Assembly (NCBI GenBank): GCA_002633005.1
Contig: NMRA01000552.1
Coordinates: 214,133-278,132 of the forward strand
Reading direction: 5' to 3'
DNA: 64,000 nucleotides
DNA from: Phoronis australis
Taxonomy: Eukaryota > Animalia > Phoronida
Every line of letters starts with the position of its first letter. Within the stretch, counting starts at the first letter, position 1. Below the pieces are notes generated by a model that saw only the letters and a list, made by a program, of their open reading frames with translations, searched no databases and was not told the origin of the DNA. Shown here one piece after another: positions 1-12,300 of the stretch. A program made the position numbers and the translations under genes.

Positions 1-228
1 ACATGTTGGGATTTTACTGGTACGCAAACTGTTATAGTCATTCATGAAGATAGTCCTAATTAATGAGCATAGTTTACAGTCAAATTAAAGTTAGTTCCAA
101 TGTTTTGCTTAATGTAAAAACATATTATGTTCACAATCAAGTTCAGGAGTACAGCCTCTGTTAAAATGAGTTCCTAGAGCTCTTAATAGATAATTCAAAA
201 GCTAGGTAAGTGTACCCAGTAAACTTAC

Positions 229-360
229 AGTCTGCCGCCGTCTGGTCTTACAGTCTACAAGAATGGAGCGGTGTTTGTCGGTGAAGTGTTTCAGCACCAC
301 AGCATGCTTCGAATCTCCTGGCTTAAGGCTGTACTTCACTCCTACACCCACGGACAGCAC
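229..360 (-). CDS. ZZEF1: ZZEF1 exon (last in window)
   Basis: VLSVG..VVLKHFTDKHRSILVDCKTRRRQT; GTAAGT donor. Confidence 0.92.
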
Positions 361-3300
361 CTACAGGCAAGAGGTCGCAAGAGGGCACTAATGTATGTCA
401 GAAACCAATCAACAGATGTGCAAGACTCCTTAATGGGAGCCAGGGAGTGAAAAAACACTTCAGCTGTCATTCAAATTTCACAAATCAAAATCCTAGGTGT
501 TCATTAGTCACAGCAAGTTTTTAATTTATCAACAAATTAAAAGCACAGAACTTTTCCTAGCAAATGAAAAATTCAGTCAAATAGAAAAGAAAATGGGCAC
601 AAGACTTAAATTTAATAAAAAATTAATTAGAAATTGCCCACCTCTGGGTACCCTGCCAAGACAAAGAGGGCAAAGATTGCAGATAACTCTGGGTCATCTT
701 TCAAAGTCATCACTGATTGGTTAATGTGTTCCAGCAGAAGATCTTTCCACGCAGGAGCAGCCAATAGCTGTTGCAGAATTTGTGCCACAGAACAAGCCCA
801 CTCCAAACCACTCCTAAAATTGATTTGACTACATTTTTCACAAGTTTCTAAATATCAAGACACATATTGCAACCACCTCAATCTTCACACAAAAGAAAGT
901 AGGAACAAAGGATCACAACTAAAATTAGTGACCAGCTCAGATAACAATACCTGTTTCACCAAAATAAACTTTATCCACCAACAGCCAACTGAATTGCTGA
1001 TATTTTTATTAGCTAGAGCATTTCAGTTGAAACTACTGAAACACATAAACAAAACGTCTCCATGTAAGTATGCAGTGCACATAAATAGTCCTACTATATG
1101 ATAAAGGTTTACTATAGCACACAACAGTGAGTAAGTACATTAGAGTGAAGCCTGGGGATGAGGTAACAGTATTAGATGCTCAGTGCTCGATTTGGCAACC
1201 TCAGGTTGTGTTTGGCGACCTCAGGTTGTGTTTGGCCACCTCAGGTTGTGTTTGGCAACCTCAGGTTGTGTTTGGCAACCTCAGGTTGTGTTTGGCAACC
1301 TCAGGTTGTGTTTGGCCACCTGGAAAAAATCTCAAGTCGCCAAAAAGTCACCACTGCGAGCATCAAAGTCAAACAATAATTTCCCCAACATTCGTTTCAA
1401 AGTTCGTGTTGACTAGCAAACTTTAAATAACTAAGAGTTTTCCTAGATTTGTTACCATTGGTGAAATCAGTGCAACTGCCACTACAGCAGTCGGCAAAAA
1501 TCAAACGCGCTTAAATTACAACAGGAAGTAAACAGACCGAAGTTGGAATTGTTTGGCAAAAATCGGGCAAGTTTGGTGAAACACGCGCCACCAGTATATG
1601 CGATCATCTGTCTTCTATGTTCTTTCGTTGGTGCAAAGAATTGAATTAGAGAATGAATGTACATTTACTGGGACAAATTGAGAGGTAAGATTCCGAGAAT
1701 GGAGCACGGTATGTCACCTTTTTTGGTCAGCGATTTCTACGCCGGATTCCGACTACCTCAGATTTCATTTGGCGACCTCGGATTTTCAGCTTTGGCAACC
1801 TCAGATTTTGTTTGGCGACGCCAGATTTTTGCCAACTCGTCCAATGCGACTTGGCGTTAAGCTAAGCTTCGAGCACTGATGTTGCTAACATTATGACAGA
1901 CAGTTAAACAGTTCTCACCTTTCAAGGCACATGGCACCAAATGAGAACAGGAAGTCTACAATATTCTTCTCCTCTTGTTCTTCTGTCACCTCTTGTTGCA
2001 CCTAATGTAAAAAACATAAATCGTGTTGAAACTTAAAATCTTTAAGTCCCACACTCCTGGGGAACATGAATCTAAGCAGTTAAAATTCAAACAAATTTTA
2101 GTAGATGGAAAAATGGTTCTACAACAGTTCCAAATAAAAAATACTAGTCTTCTGACAACACAAAACTGTGTCAGACAAAGTACACACAATGCAAAACTTG
2201 TCAGACAGTAACCACAACGCAAAAATGTGTCAGACACAGTACCCACAATGCAAAATTTGTCAGACAAAGTACTCGCAATGCAAAATGTGGCAGACAAAGT
2301 ACCCACAATGCAAAATGTCCCAGACACAACACCCACAATGCAAAATGTGTCAGACACAGAACCCACAGTGCAAAAATAAGCAGACCACAGTCAATGCTTG
2401 AAACCAGAAATACCTACTTGAAGCAATATCAGAGAAGACAAAACACTTGCCTAAGTTGGCAGCCTATCCCTACTAACCTTTTGTATGGAAGAACTCTCTC
2501 CTACCCTAAGAAAGCTATATGTCATTTTATATGAAGAGTCAACTCACAACATTGTCCACTTCAACTGGCACTTGGTCCTCCTGCACTGTGGTGCCATCTT
2601 TGGACTGATCATTAATGAATGCATCAAAAGACTCCAACAGCTCTGGTTGATCTTCCAAAATGGACATGGAATTTGCTTTCACTTTACTGGCATCCATGCT
2701 GTAAATGACAATGTGAAAAGAATTTTGAATTTAATAGGAAAGTGCAACTGCATTAAAACAAACCAATCAACATTCATTTTAAAGCAATAACTTATTTTCT
2801 GTCTCTTTCCTGTATTGCGTGCCCATTACGCCCCAAAATATATTACCATGATGGTTGTTTTATTTTTATGTAAACTCCATAACTAAGAGATCACAGAAGA
2901 CATATAGAATTTTTTACGTCCCTGATGTCAATCAATTACACAGAATTGTAAAGAAAAAAATCAAGTCAATGCTGAAGGAGATGGCAAAGGGACAAACAAA
3001 TTTGAATAACAATAAGAGTAATGCAAATTTAACAATTATTGCTGAAAACAATTATTGCCCCAATGCAACCCTCGAACGTGTTTATCCCATTTAAGCAACC
3101 ATCAGAAATATCTGACAAACAAACTCACGTTCCAGCTTTGAATTGAGCAATGTTATGAAAGAACTCCAACTGAACTTCAGGCTTGTCTGTAAAATAGTCC
3201 TTGACCTGACCTAAAAACCTGAGATGATGTTCACCAAGCTCCACAGCATATGATTGGCTGGCTTTGGTTTTAGTGGGACTTGCAGGAGATAGTGTCACTT

Positions 3301-6300
3301 TGAAGGCACGTATCTGGAAAACAGAAGAATTACAAAATTAATAGTTGTCGCTGACAAATTCGAATTAATGTGGGGCCAGGGATCCCTAAAGATGCTGAAA
3401 CAGATTGCAAAATGCAAATGAAATTTTATTTTTATTGTCTGCTTTATTTAGTATTATGCCCATTGTCAAAATGAGGAAAATACCTTAAAAAAGTTTTGAG
3501 CATCTTTCAGGTGGCGTTATAACTTGGGCCCCATCACGTGATATCTATGATCAGTGTTATAATTAAAATTACAATGGTGAAGTAAAACAAAAAAGCAACC
3601 AAGTGAAAAATCCATCACATTTTTTAGGAGAGCAACATGGTCCAAAAAGTAGAAATGTGAAGTACATGAGTTAGGAGTGAGATTTAAACAAGATTTTCCC
3701 TTTTTTGATCAGCTCACACATTTTGCGGCATTAATGAATATAATGACAAAAATCAAACACCTTTAAAAAATTACAAAATTAATATGAATGTGCAATAGAA
3801 AAATTAAGTGACTTGATCTTTTTCTGTAATTCTGCTCAGTTTACAGTTGGTGTATTGGTGGAATTTGAAAGGACTTTTCAAGCAGGTCCTGTACATTTCT
3901 ACCATGTCATGCACTACTAAACAGAAAAGACTCCACATTAGTGAGGTCTATATAGAGTTAAATAAGGAATAAAGCTGCTTACACTGTCTGCATGAGTGAA
4001 CCTCTGAAGAAGCCTCACAATCAGTCCCATGGCCATATGCTGGGTAATTACTTCGTGGCCAGTGTCACCCCTGCAACAACCAAATACACAGGAATTACAT
4101 GGTAGAGTTTTTGACCAAGTAAAGGAAATACACTGAAAATGAATTGTCAGTAAATTTAGTACAAACTCCTATTTCAGACACCCAGAACAAGTTGTTTCAC
4201 TCTTCAGACAAATAACAAACTTTTAACTAATTTATCTGTGAAAGTAATCATTCCATTTTTGATATCTTGCATGTTATTTTGAGATTTTCCACAAAGGTAC
4301 CATCGGCTTTGTAAACCGCTAAATTGTTTACAAGACCGTGCAAAATAACGTGTAAAACACTACTTAAATGTATTGAACGACTGGCAGGATCAATGACATG
4401 ATCAAATTCCGTATAATAAAAATGTTGAAGATGAAATCTCAAAAAGCTGTTGCAGTTTTCTAAATTATTACTTTGTTTTCATTCTAAGCAACTTCAATTT
4501 TTTCATAAAAATCATATAAGTCCTAATTTTGACAGCCACTCATGCAAAAGTTCAAATGTACTTTGGAGAACAGTGTATCAAGCACAGTATCTGAAAGTTG
4601 TATGTAAATCTGATTAGCCATAGCTGAATAGGAGAAACAATGTTATGAAGCTGGCCAAAATCAGACATTTTTCTAGGGTCCAACATAACCCTAATCTCTC
4701 CTTTCCCTCTCAGTCATTGACTGTATAGATGTCTCCAATGATTCCACCTGTCAGCAATGACAATGGTTAAAGTTATAACTAACCAAAACGTTTACTCAAC
4801 CATTCATCATCACCTTCCTGTTAAACCTTGTCCTTCTCAATTGGATGTCACTAGCCTTTTTCATAACTAAACATCCAAGCGCACATTACAAACCATCCCT
4901 TACCGAATAATTCTCAACAGCAGCATCAGGAACTCGTGCTTCTCAAAGCCATTCTCCAGCCCCTCCACAATATCTGTGTTGTCCCCTGGTATGGCAGCCC
5001 CCAGTAGGCCCATGATCTTCTCTTGAGAGTGAAGGGCAAAAGCTTCCTCCTGCTGCAACATGACCTTCTCAGACATGTCCTCCTGCATGGCTGTAAGAAA
5101 CATAATACAAATGGTAGGATTCAGTATTCGTTGAGGATCCACAATCTGCCATTTAAAAGACAGTGGGCAACATAAGAGGATTTGTTTTGGCAGAGATAAT
5201 CATTTCACTTCTCATTTCTCACCTAAAAATTCTATGGAAATCTTAAACCTAAAAATTATGAAATTTTTGGGACACTGGTGTACAACATATAAACGTATAA
5301 ACGAAACACATACAACTAAATAGCCGAAGCCAGCCTACCTTCTGTCTCTGCCTGCTTCTTGCCCGGTTCATGTTGCAGACACTCCGTGACTAACATGAGA
5401 CAGTGATTCAATAGCTGCACAGCGGACGCAGTGTATTCACTACCACGCTCACACGAGTATGCCAGCCCAGCCATAGTGAGAGTGAGGCTTGAGAACTGTA
5501 GCCATACATGTTGGTGGATGTAGGCCTGGAGGTCAGAGTCTACCTTGTTACTACTCTTAACTGAAACACAAACGAGTGATACATGATCAGCTAAGTAAAG
5601 TTTCCTCAATTTATAATAGATTATGACAGACAAGATAAAAGCAGTTTTACAAGATTTCTCAATAAAAAGATATTTTAAAAGAAGAAAACATTTTCCAGAC
5701 TTCTCAACAAGAATATATTTTACATGAAAACAAATTAATTTGATTCATTTTAGGACAATAATGTACAATACACCTGTCATTGTACATTGTGTACAATACA
5801 CCTGTCATTGTAATTGTCACATTGTGTACAATACATCTGCCATTGTCCATGTCACATTAACTTGTGATATCTTGAACATCATGCAATGACCATTTAATGT
5901 TTAACAAATGACAAGTAGATTTCTTTTTTGTTCAGTTTTTAATTAACTTTACCATACCCATTTATGTTTATATCATAAGTTACCAGGCATAACTTTTTGT
6001 ACAATTGCTTTAAGTCTTCAAATTGCTAGGATTAATCATTCATTGTTAGCTGCAAGGGTCACATAGATACCGACAAGGATTTAGAGGAATTGTAATACAG
6101 TAAATAAATTCAATCTATAAATGACTTCTAATAGAAACATGATATATTCAAATAATGAAAAGGAGAAAGTATGATGCCCGATCACCAATATCAACTGCAG
6201 GATCTCAATCTGGAGACACAGCTTGAAGTAAGATCAAAAACCTGTCATGAGTGGACTTAGTAGTGAGTATTAGTGGCTTACAGGGGTCCCACATTTTAAG

Positions 6301-9300
6301 AATCAGCTTGACGCCTGTTATTCAGTGGATAAAAGAGGTTCTTAAAATGCTGGACTCCTTTAAGTGACTATTGCCTATAACAGGGATCCATACAGGGAAA
6401 CAGGGATGCATTCAAAGTTGTCGTTATTCATAATTTATTTGTTTAATATTAATTACCTCTACCTGCTGCTGTCCTGTACATGCTGTATAACAATTCTAAC
6501 AAGATCCTCCTGGAAACCAGTGTTCATTGAGTAGGACAACCAGAATAGATAAATTCTAATGAATTGAATAAGTAATATAATGTACAAAAAACTTGATACG
6601 CACGCTTCACTTGAGGGAACTTGATAGTTCCGTGGTCAGATGTATGGCTGAAACAGATGTGGAAGCAATAACTTAATTATTTGCTGAGATTCTACAATTC
6701 GGTGGACATCACGTCATATAAACATAGTGACATGTGACTCAGAACAAAAGGGTTGTTCAAGGACTGAAACCATCCATTTGGAAAATGTTGAAACTATCTT
6801 AAAGGAATGAGTTCATATTAGCTAAATTGCATCTTGAAAATTCAAAAATATTAGAGGCATTCACAGCTTGTCTGCTCACTATCATCTGAAGACTTTATTA
6901 ACAAATATCCATTTTGAAACAGCTTCAGAGTAAATAAAACACATTTCTCATGTGCAAATAATGAGTATTCAACAAACAATAAAGGTAAGTGCTGCCAACA
7001 CCTACCCATTAGATGAAGACTTCTTGTTATGACATCCTAAACACAGGTCATAGTCTTCGCACATAGTGCAGTGGAAGCGCGTGCCTGCGATGAAGGCTCG
7101 ACATTCGTCACACTTATACCTGCACAAAAATAACAGAATTCAAAACAAACGACCTTTTAGATTCAGTGTTTAAGTATACAGTACATGAAAAAAACATAAT
7201 TTTGACAGAGTTAGTTTAAGAAAATAACTGATGAAGAGATCATTTATAACCAACTCAGGTGCAATATATATGTGAAGGGATAAAATTATTCACAAAGATC
7301 TTTCTGATGTATTAATAAAAACTTTGTACTGGGGGTAATCGTAACTAGCGCATTCTGTGGACAGGGTGCAGTCAGGATGAACAGATAGGTTATATAGTTG
7401 GGAGTTAAACCCATGAGAGGCATATTTTTCATATTTTCACAGATTATGGAAGTCAAAGATGTTGCTCGGTGTAAAAGATCAACAGAATTATCCTAGATTG
7501 CTTGTTTTATGAAAGATGCACCAAAATACATTGAACAAAGTATTTCATGACCATATATGCTTGAATCCCTTGTAACTGCATCGAGCATTGAATTAACAAA
7601 CCAAACTAGAACATAAAATGAAGCACCGTCAATTTCAGCTTATCAAGTTTAATGTTCAGCAATGACTCGTGGTTTCTCTCCAAGCTCAAAGTAAAACCTA
7701 AGGCCAATTATAACGCACAAAGTGGTCTTTCATATAAAAGTTTAAAATTTTTATGAGATGTATCATTGAAGGCAGGTGCACATGGATATCAAGATCAACA
7801 CACAAAACACGGTCAATATAACAACACTCAGGTAACCAATTTCGTGCAACTAACATCAGATGCACAAATTCATGGTCCTCTGTATGTTCACCACCAGGGG
7901 TCACTCCACCCATATAGCACGACGAGCACAGGTCCTTGTCTTCACACTGCAGACAGCGGTAGCGAGGACCAGGCAAGGTGGCATCACAACCGTCACAGTT
8001 GATCTCCACATCAAGAAGATCAGAGAAACGAGCCACAAACATCTGCTTGGCCTGGAAATGACAAAGTAATATTTCGTTAAATGAATCATTCACTTTGAAT
8101 CCATTTGAAACTAATATTCAGCGGTAAATGCGACTTTGTTTTTATGCTCTGCATTGCAAGTCACACAAAGTGCTTAATTACAAGTTATATCAACACAATT
8201 TCTAAAATCTACAGGTTTATTTTAGGAATACATCAAGTGCAATGCACCTCTAACAGCTCCACACAGCCTTTGTCCAATCCATAACAAACAGAACCACACT
8301 GGAATCTGTTCATTGTGTGATATACTTTTCCTTCCAACAAAATAACACAGAATTCCCCTATCATTAGAGTTTTAAACACCAATTCCACACTACTGTAATG
8401 TAAGTGCCTGGGTACATATGGTGCACTCGCTGTTTCACCAAAATTCAAACAGAATAGTTTACATAAAAGGATAATAACCAAAACCGGTAATGAGTGTGCA
8501 AGAGACATTACACTCTCAAAACCAACACTTACTCTCTTCTCATCCACATTGCTAGTGTTGATCTTGTTGAACCAAGTGGAAAAGCCATGACGACACTCCT
8601 CAAACCACTTCAGACACTGTTCATACTCTGCCAACTCCAGCGCCTCGTCATTTTCCTTCTCTACTGATTCATCACGCATCGTCACCGTATCTGTCATGTG
8701 ACAACACCATACCAGAATAAAGTATTAGTTGAGAACTTGCATCATGCACTAATTAGTTACTACATCAACAGGCAATCAACAAATTAGACACCTGTCACTG
8801 CCAATCTTAAAAAACAAATCTCGTTATCAACCAACACTATTTCTAATTTCTTACATTTCCAAAACAGTTAAAACCTTTTCACTACAATTGTAGTAAATGT
8901 TTAATGTTGCATAGACACATCTAACGACCAAGAAAATGAACAGCGATGTTTCTAAACAATTCTCACACAAGCATAGTGTCAACTATATTCAACTATATTA
9001 GTGTATTTGGGATTGTTTACACAAAGTCCTATGATAGCACCTCTCAACTCAGAAACAAATTCATGCACCCTGCAAATTTTATTGCTTGCTCTAAATGCTT
9101 CAAACCAAAGACAGATGTTACCAAAACTATTAAATGGAACATTGGGGACACTCTATTAGAGGTTCAATTTGAGCTGAGTAGAAAATGAAAATTTTGGCCT
9201 CACCAATTTTGTATAGTAAGCCTCACAGCATTTATTCCGAAAATGGCACTTTGTAAGAATGGACCAAGTATAAACATCATAAACCGGAAATATGACTTTG

Positions 9301-12300
9301 CATGTGTTTAGTAGTGATGGCAATGTGGCAAAAATGGTAATGATTCAGTTGAAGTTGTGTCAAAAAATAATCCATGTACATAGTTACGAAAACAAACATT
9401 ATGTCTCCCATAAAACAATACATTAATCAAATACTGGTAGGCTCCAAAACACTGCCCAGGGGCCTACAAATAAAAGATATCCAAACACAGGCCAATGGGT
9501 TGCATGCATTCAGGAGTTCCTATCAGACATTAACAGAGACGAAATATGCACTCATTGACAAGCACACTTAATATTTGAAGGCAAGCCTTTATAAGAAAGT
9601 CAAACAAAATCCATATAGCTTACTTTGAGCAATCCAGAAGAGCAAGGATGGGAGGTCAATGTCCAATAGAAAGGTCAGATCATACAGCTGCCAATCCATA
9701 TCAAGGAGGTGGAGCAAAGCAATTAGGATGTAGTCGAAGGTTGAAGCCACGCCTACCGAACTGTAGAATAAAACAATCTATGTTATAATTGCTATTCACA
9801 GAAATAGTATTCAACTACATGTTTTAGTGTCTCAGAAAAAGGACCAGAATTGTCAACTGACTATTGTTTGTGTGAGACCAAGATGAACAAGACAAAGATG
9901 ACGAAAAAAACAAAAAATAAAAGAAGAAAGTAATGGCACAAATTCACATGAAGCAGAGATTGTGCCACCTAGATGTGAAATCAAACATCTATCTTATCAT
10001 ACTGAATTACTCTATACTCTATAACAAAAGCATCATTATTCAGTACTAATTTGTTATCAAATCATTCAAAATTTATTTATCCCATGCTGAAATGTCAAAA
10101 CCAAGGTACTGCTCATAACAAAAGTTACCCGTACACAACTATCCCAGAATCACTGTCTTGTGATAATGTCCCAACACTGTCCATAATCTGTCAAAGACAA
10201 CAGCATGCTGTGGATTTTGGTACTTTAACACACTACCCGCACACAACTTACCCTGGATCACTGGGTCGTGAGAATGTCTTGACACTTTCCCTAAGACAGC
10301 GTATCAGACCATAGTATGCCTGTCGAACCTTAGACTCGAGTGACAGTCCACAGCCATCCAACATGTCTGCATAGTGCTTAGCAAACAAATGTTGGTTTGC
10401 CAACAACTCTTGGAGAAACACCACACTGGGGACCTGGACAGTTGACAAAACAAGTACAGATTGTTTGACACATTTTGTGCAAGAACATACCATGAGGCCA
10501 ACATCATTAAACAAAACATTTTTAGCAAGTACCAGGGCTTGGAATGACCAATGACAAAAAACGCGGAAAGCCTTGAAGTACTTTAAATGTATCTCAGATA
10601 CTTACTAAACAGTGATACTTTAGTTTGTAAACATACTTAAAGTGACAACTGCAAATTATTCACTGTAAGCGAGTACAGTGAATGTAATGTTGCAAGACTA
10701 TGCAACAGTATCCAGATGAATGCATCTCAACTATTACGCTGTTAAACAATGCAGTTCTACACTCAGCCACCACCCGCCGAACGATTACGTGACAATTTAA
10801 CTGTATGTATTTTAGAACTTCAAGATTTTACCTTAATTTTACTTTATTAATTAATGTAATACAGATGCAAATGTATTAAATAACAAACTTGGAACAATTT
10901 ACGACAACAAACGGCAAGCCTTCAAGTAGTACTTCAATGTATTTCTCTACTATCAGCTGTAGCACTCCACCATAAACAATGATACTATCACAGTTACAAT
11001 ATACAACTAGGCATCAGCCACATTGTTGTTTCCCCCAAATCTCATAGTTTTTATCAATAACGTGACATGTAAAATGATACCATGATAAATTATCTACTCT
11101 TGCATGCCAGGACAATTACCTGAAATATGTGACTTGTCTTGCAGATGTTGATGAATTCTGCAGCGAACACGTATACGTCAGCAACAGCTCCAGCCAGTTT
11201 TGACCTTTCTTGCAGACATAGACTAACTTTGTCCTTGGACCACAGAGGGTTCCTCACAAACTCCATAACAAGTTTGAAGGCTGGGTACTTCTCTGACAAC
11301 ATGCTGTCAAACTTAAGAATGGAAAACAGTAACTGTAACAACTACTAAATTCAAGTAGACAACACCAATGCACCTTTTCCACAAACATTTTATTCCTGGC
11401 ATGAGACGTTATTTCTGGGACCACGCTCTACAAGTTCACGTGCCACGACATGCCACTTTATTCCTAGCATGAGAAGTAATTTCTGGGACCACGCTCTACA
11501 AGTTCACGTGCCACGACATGCCACTTTATTCCTAGCATGAGAAGTAATTTTTGGGACCACGCTCTACAAGTTCACGTGTCATGACGTGTCATTTTATTCC
11601 TAGCATAAGACATTATTTCTGGGACCACACTCTAAAAGTTCACGTGTCATGACGTGTCATTTTATTTCTAGCATAAGACATTATTTCTGGGACCACACTC
11701 TACAAGCTCACGTGTCATGACTTGTCATTTTATTCGACAAGCATGGTCTCAAGGAGCAACGAACTGTCAATTTTTTGCAGGACCAAAAATCACTTCTCAT
11801 CTGAGGAAGAAGCCAATTTTTAACGGTAAGTAGCCCAAATCAAACATGATATTCTTTGACAGAGGGAAGGTTTATTGCCACTTTTAAGATACAAGGGTCA
11901 TTGTGGCGTAATATGAGCATAACGCAGATAAAAAACAGTAACTCAAAGAGTCTACAGTTGCAAAGTTCTTTAGCAACAAGGCAAAAAATTGATTTATAAC
12001 TTAATATCGCCTCTTCAATGCTGTCACAATGCCAATGGTGGTATAAAGAATATCAAACACATTAAGTACACAGTTACTTCTTGTTGTTTTGTACGTGACA
12101 CCTGATCCACACATAGTCAATTACATTCAATGCAGATAAACTGACACTAACACTTGTCTCACCTTGTAACCTTTGTCCAACTCTGCAGACACCCGCTTGT
12201 GTAATCTACTTTTACTGAGTTTCACAGCCCTGCTCACACGTTCTGGCTTCAGCTCAACTTTATTTAATCCAGCAAACTGGAGCAAGAACATCGCTTTATC

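Noticed and set aside
1127-1426. Three overlapping ORFs with repeated LRLCLATSGCVWQPQVVFG
   Set aside because: These are translations of a 20-bp tandem repeat inside a MITE.
1986-2401. ORFs with periodic CxxC motifs (metallothionein/zinc-finger-like)
   Set aside because: They are products of an intronic 30-bp minisatellite.
2478-2505. 28-nt AG/GT-bounded micro-exon in ZZEF1
   Set aside because: It would need a ~42-nt intron and breaks the frame; 2548 joins 2001 in phase without it.
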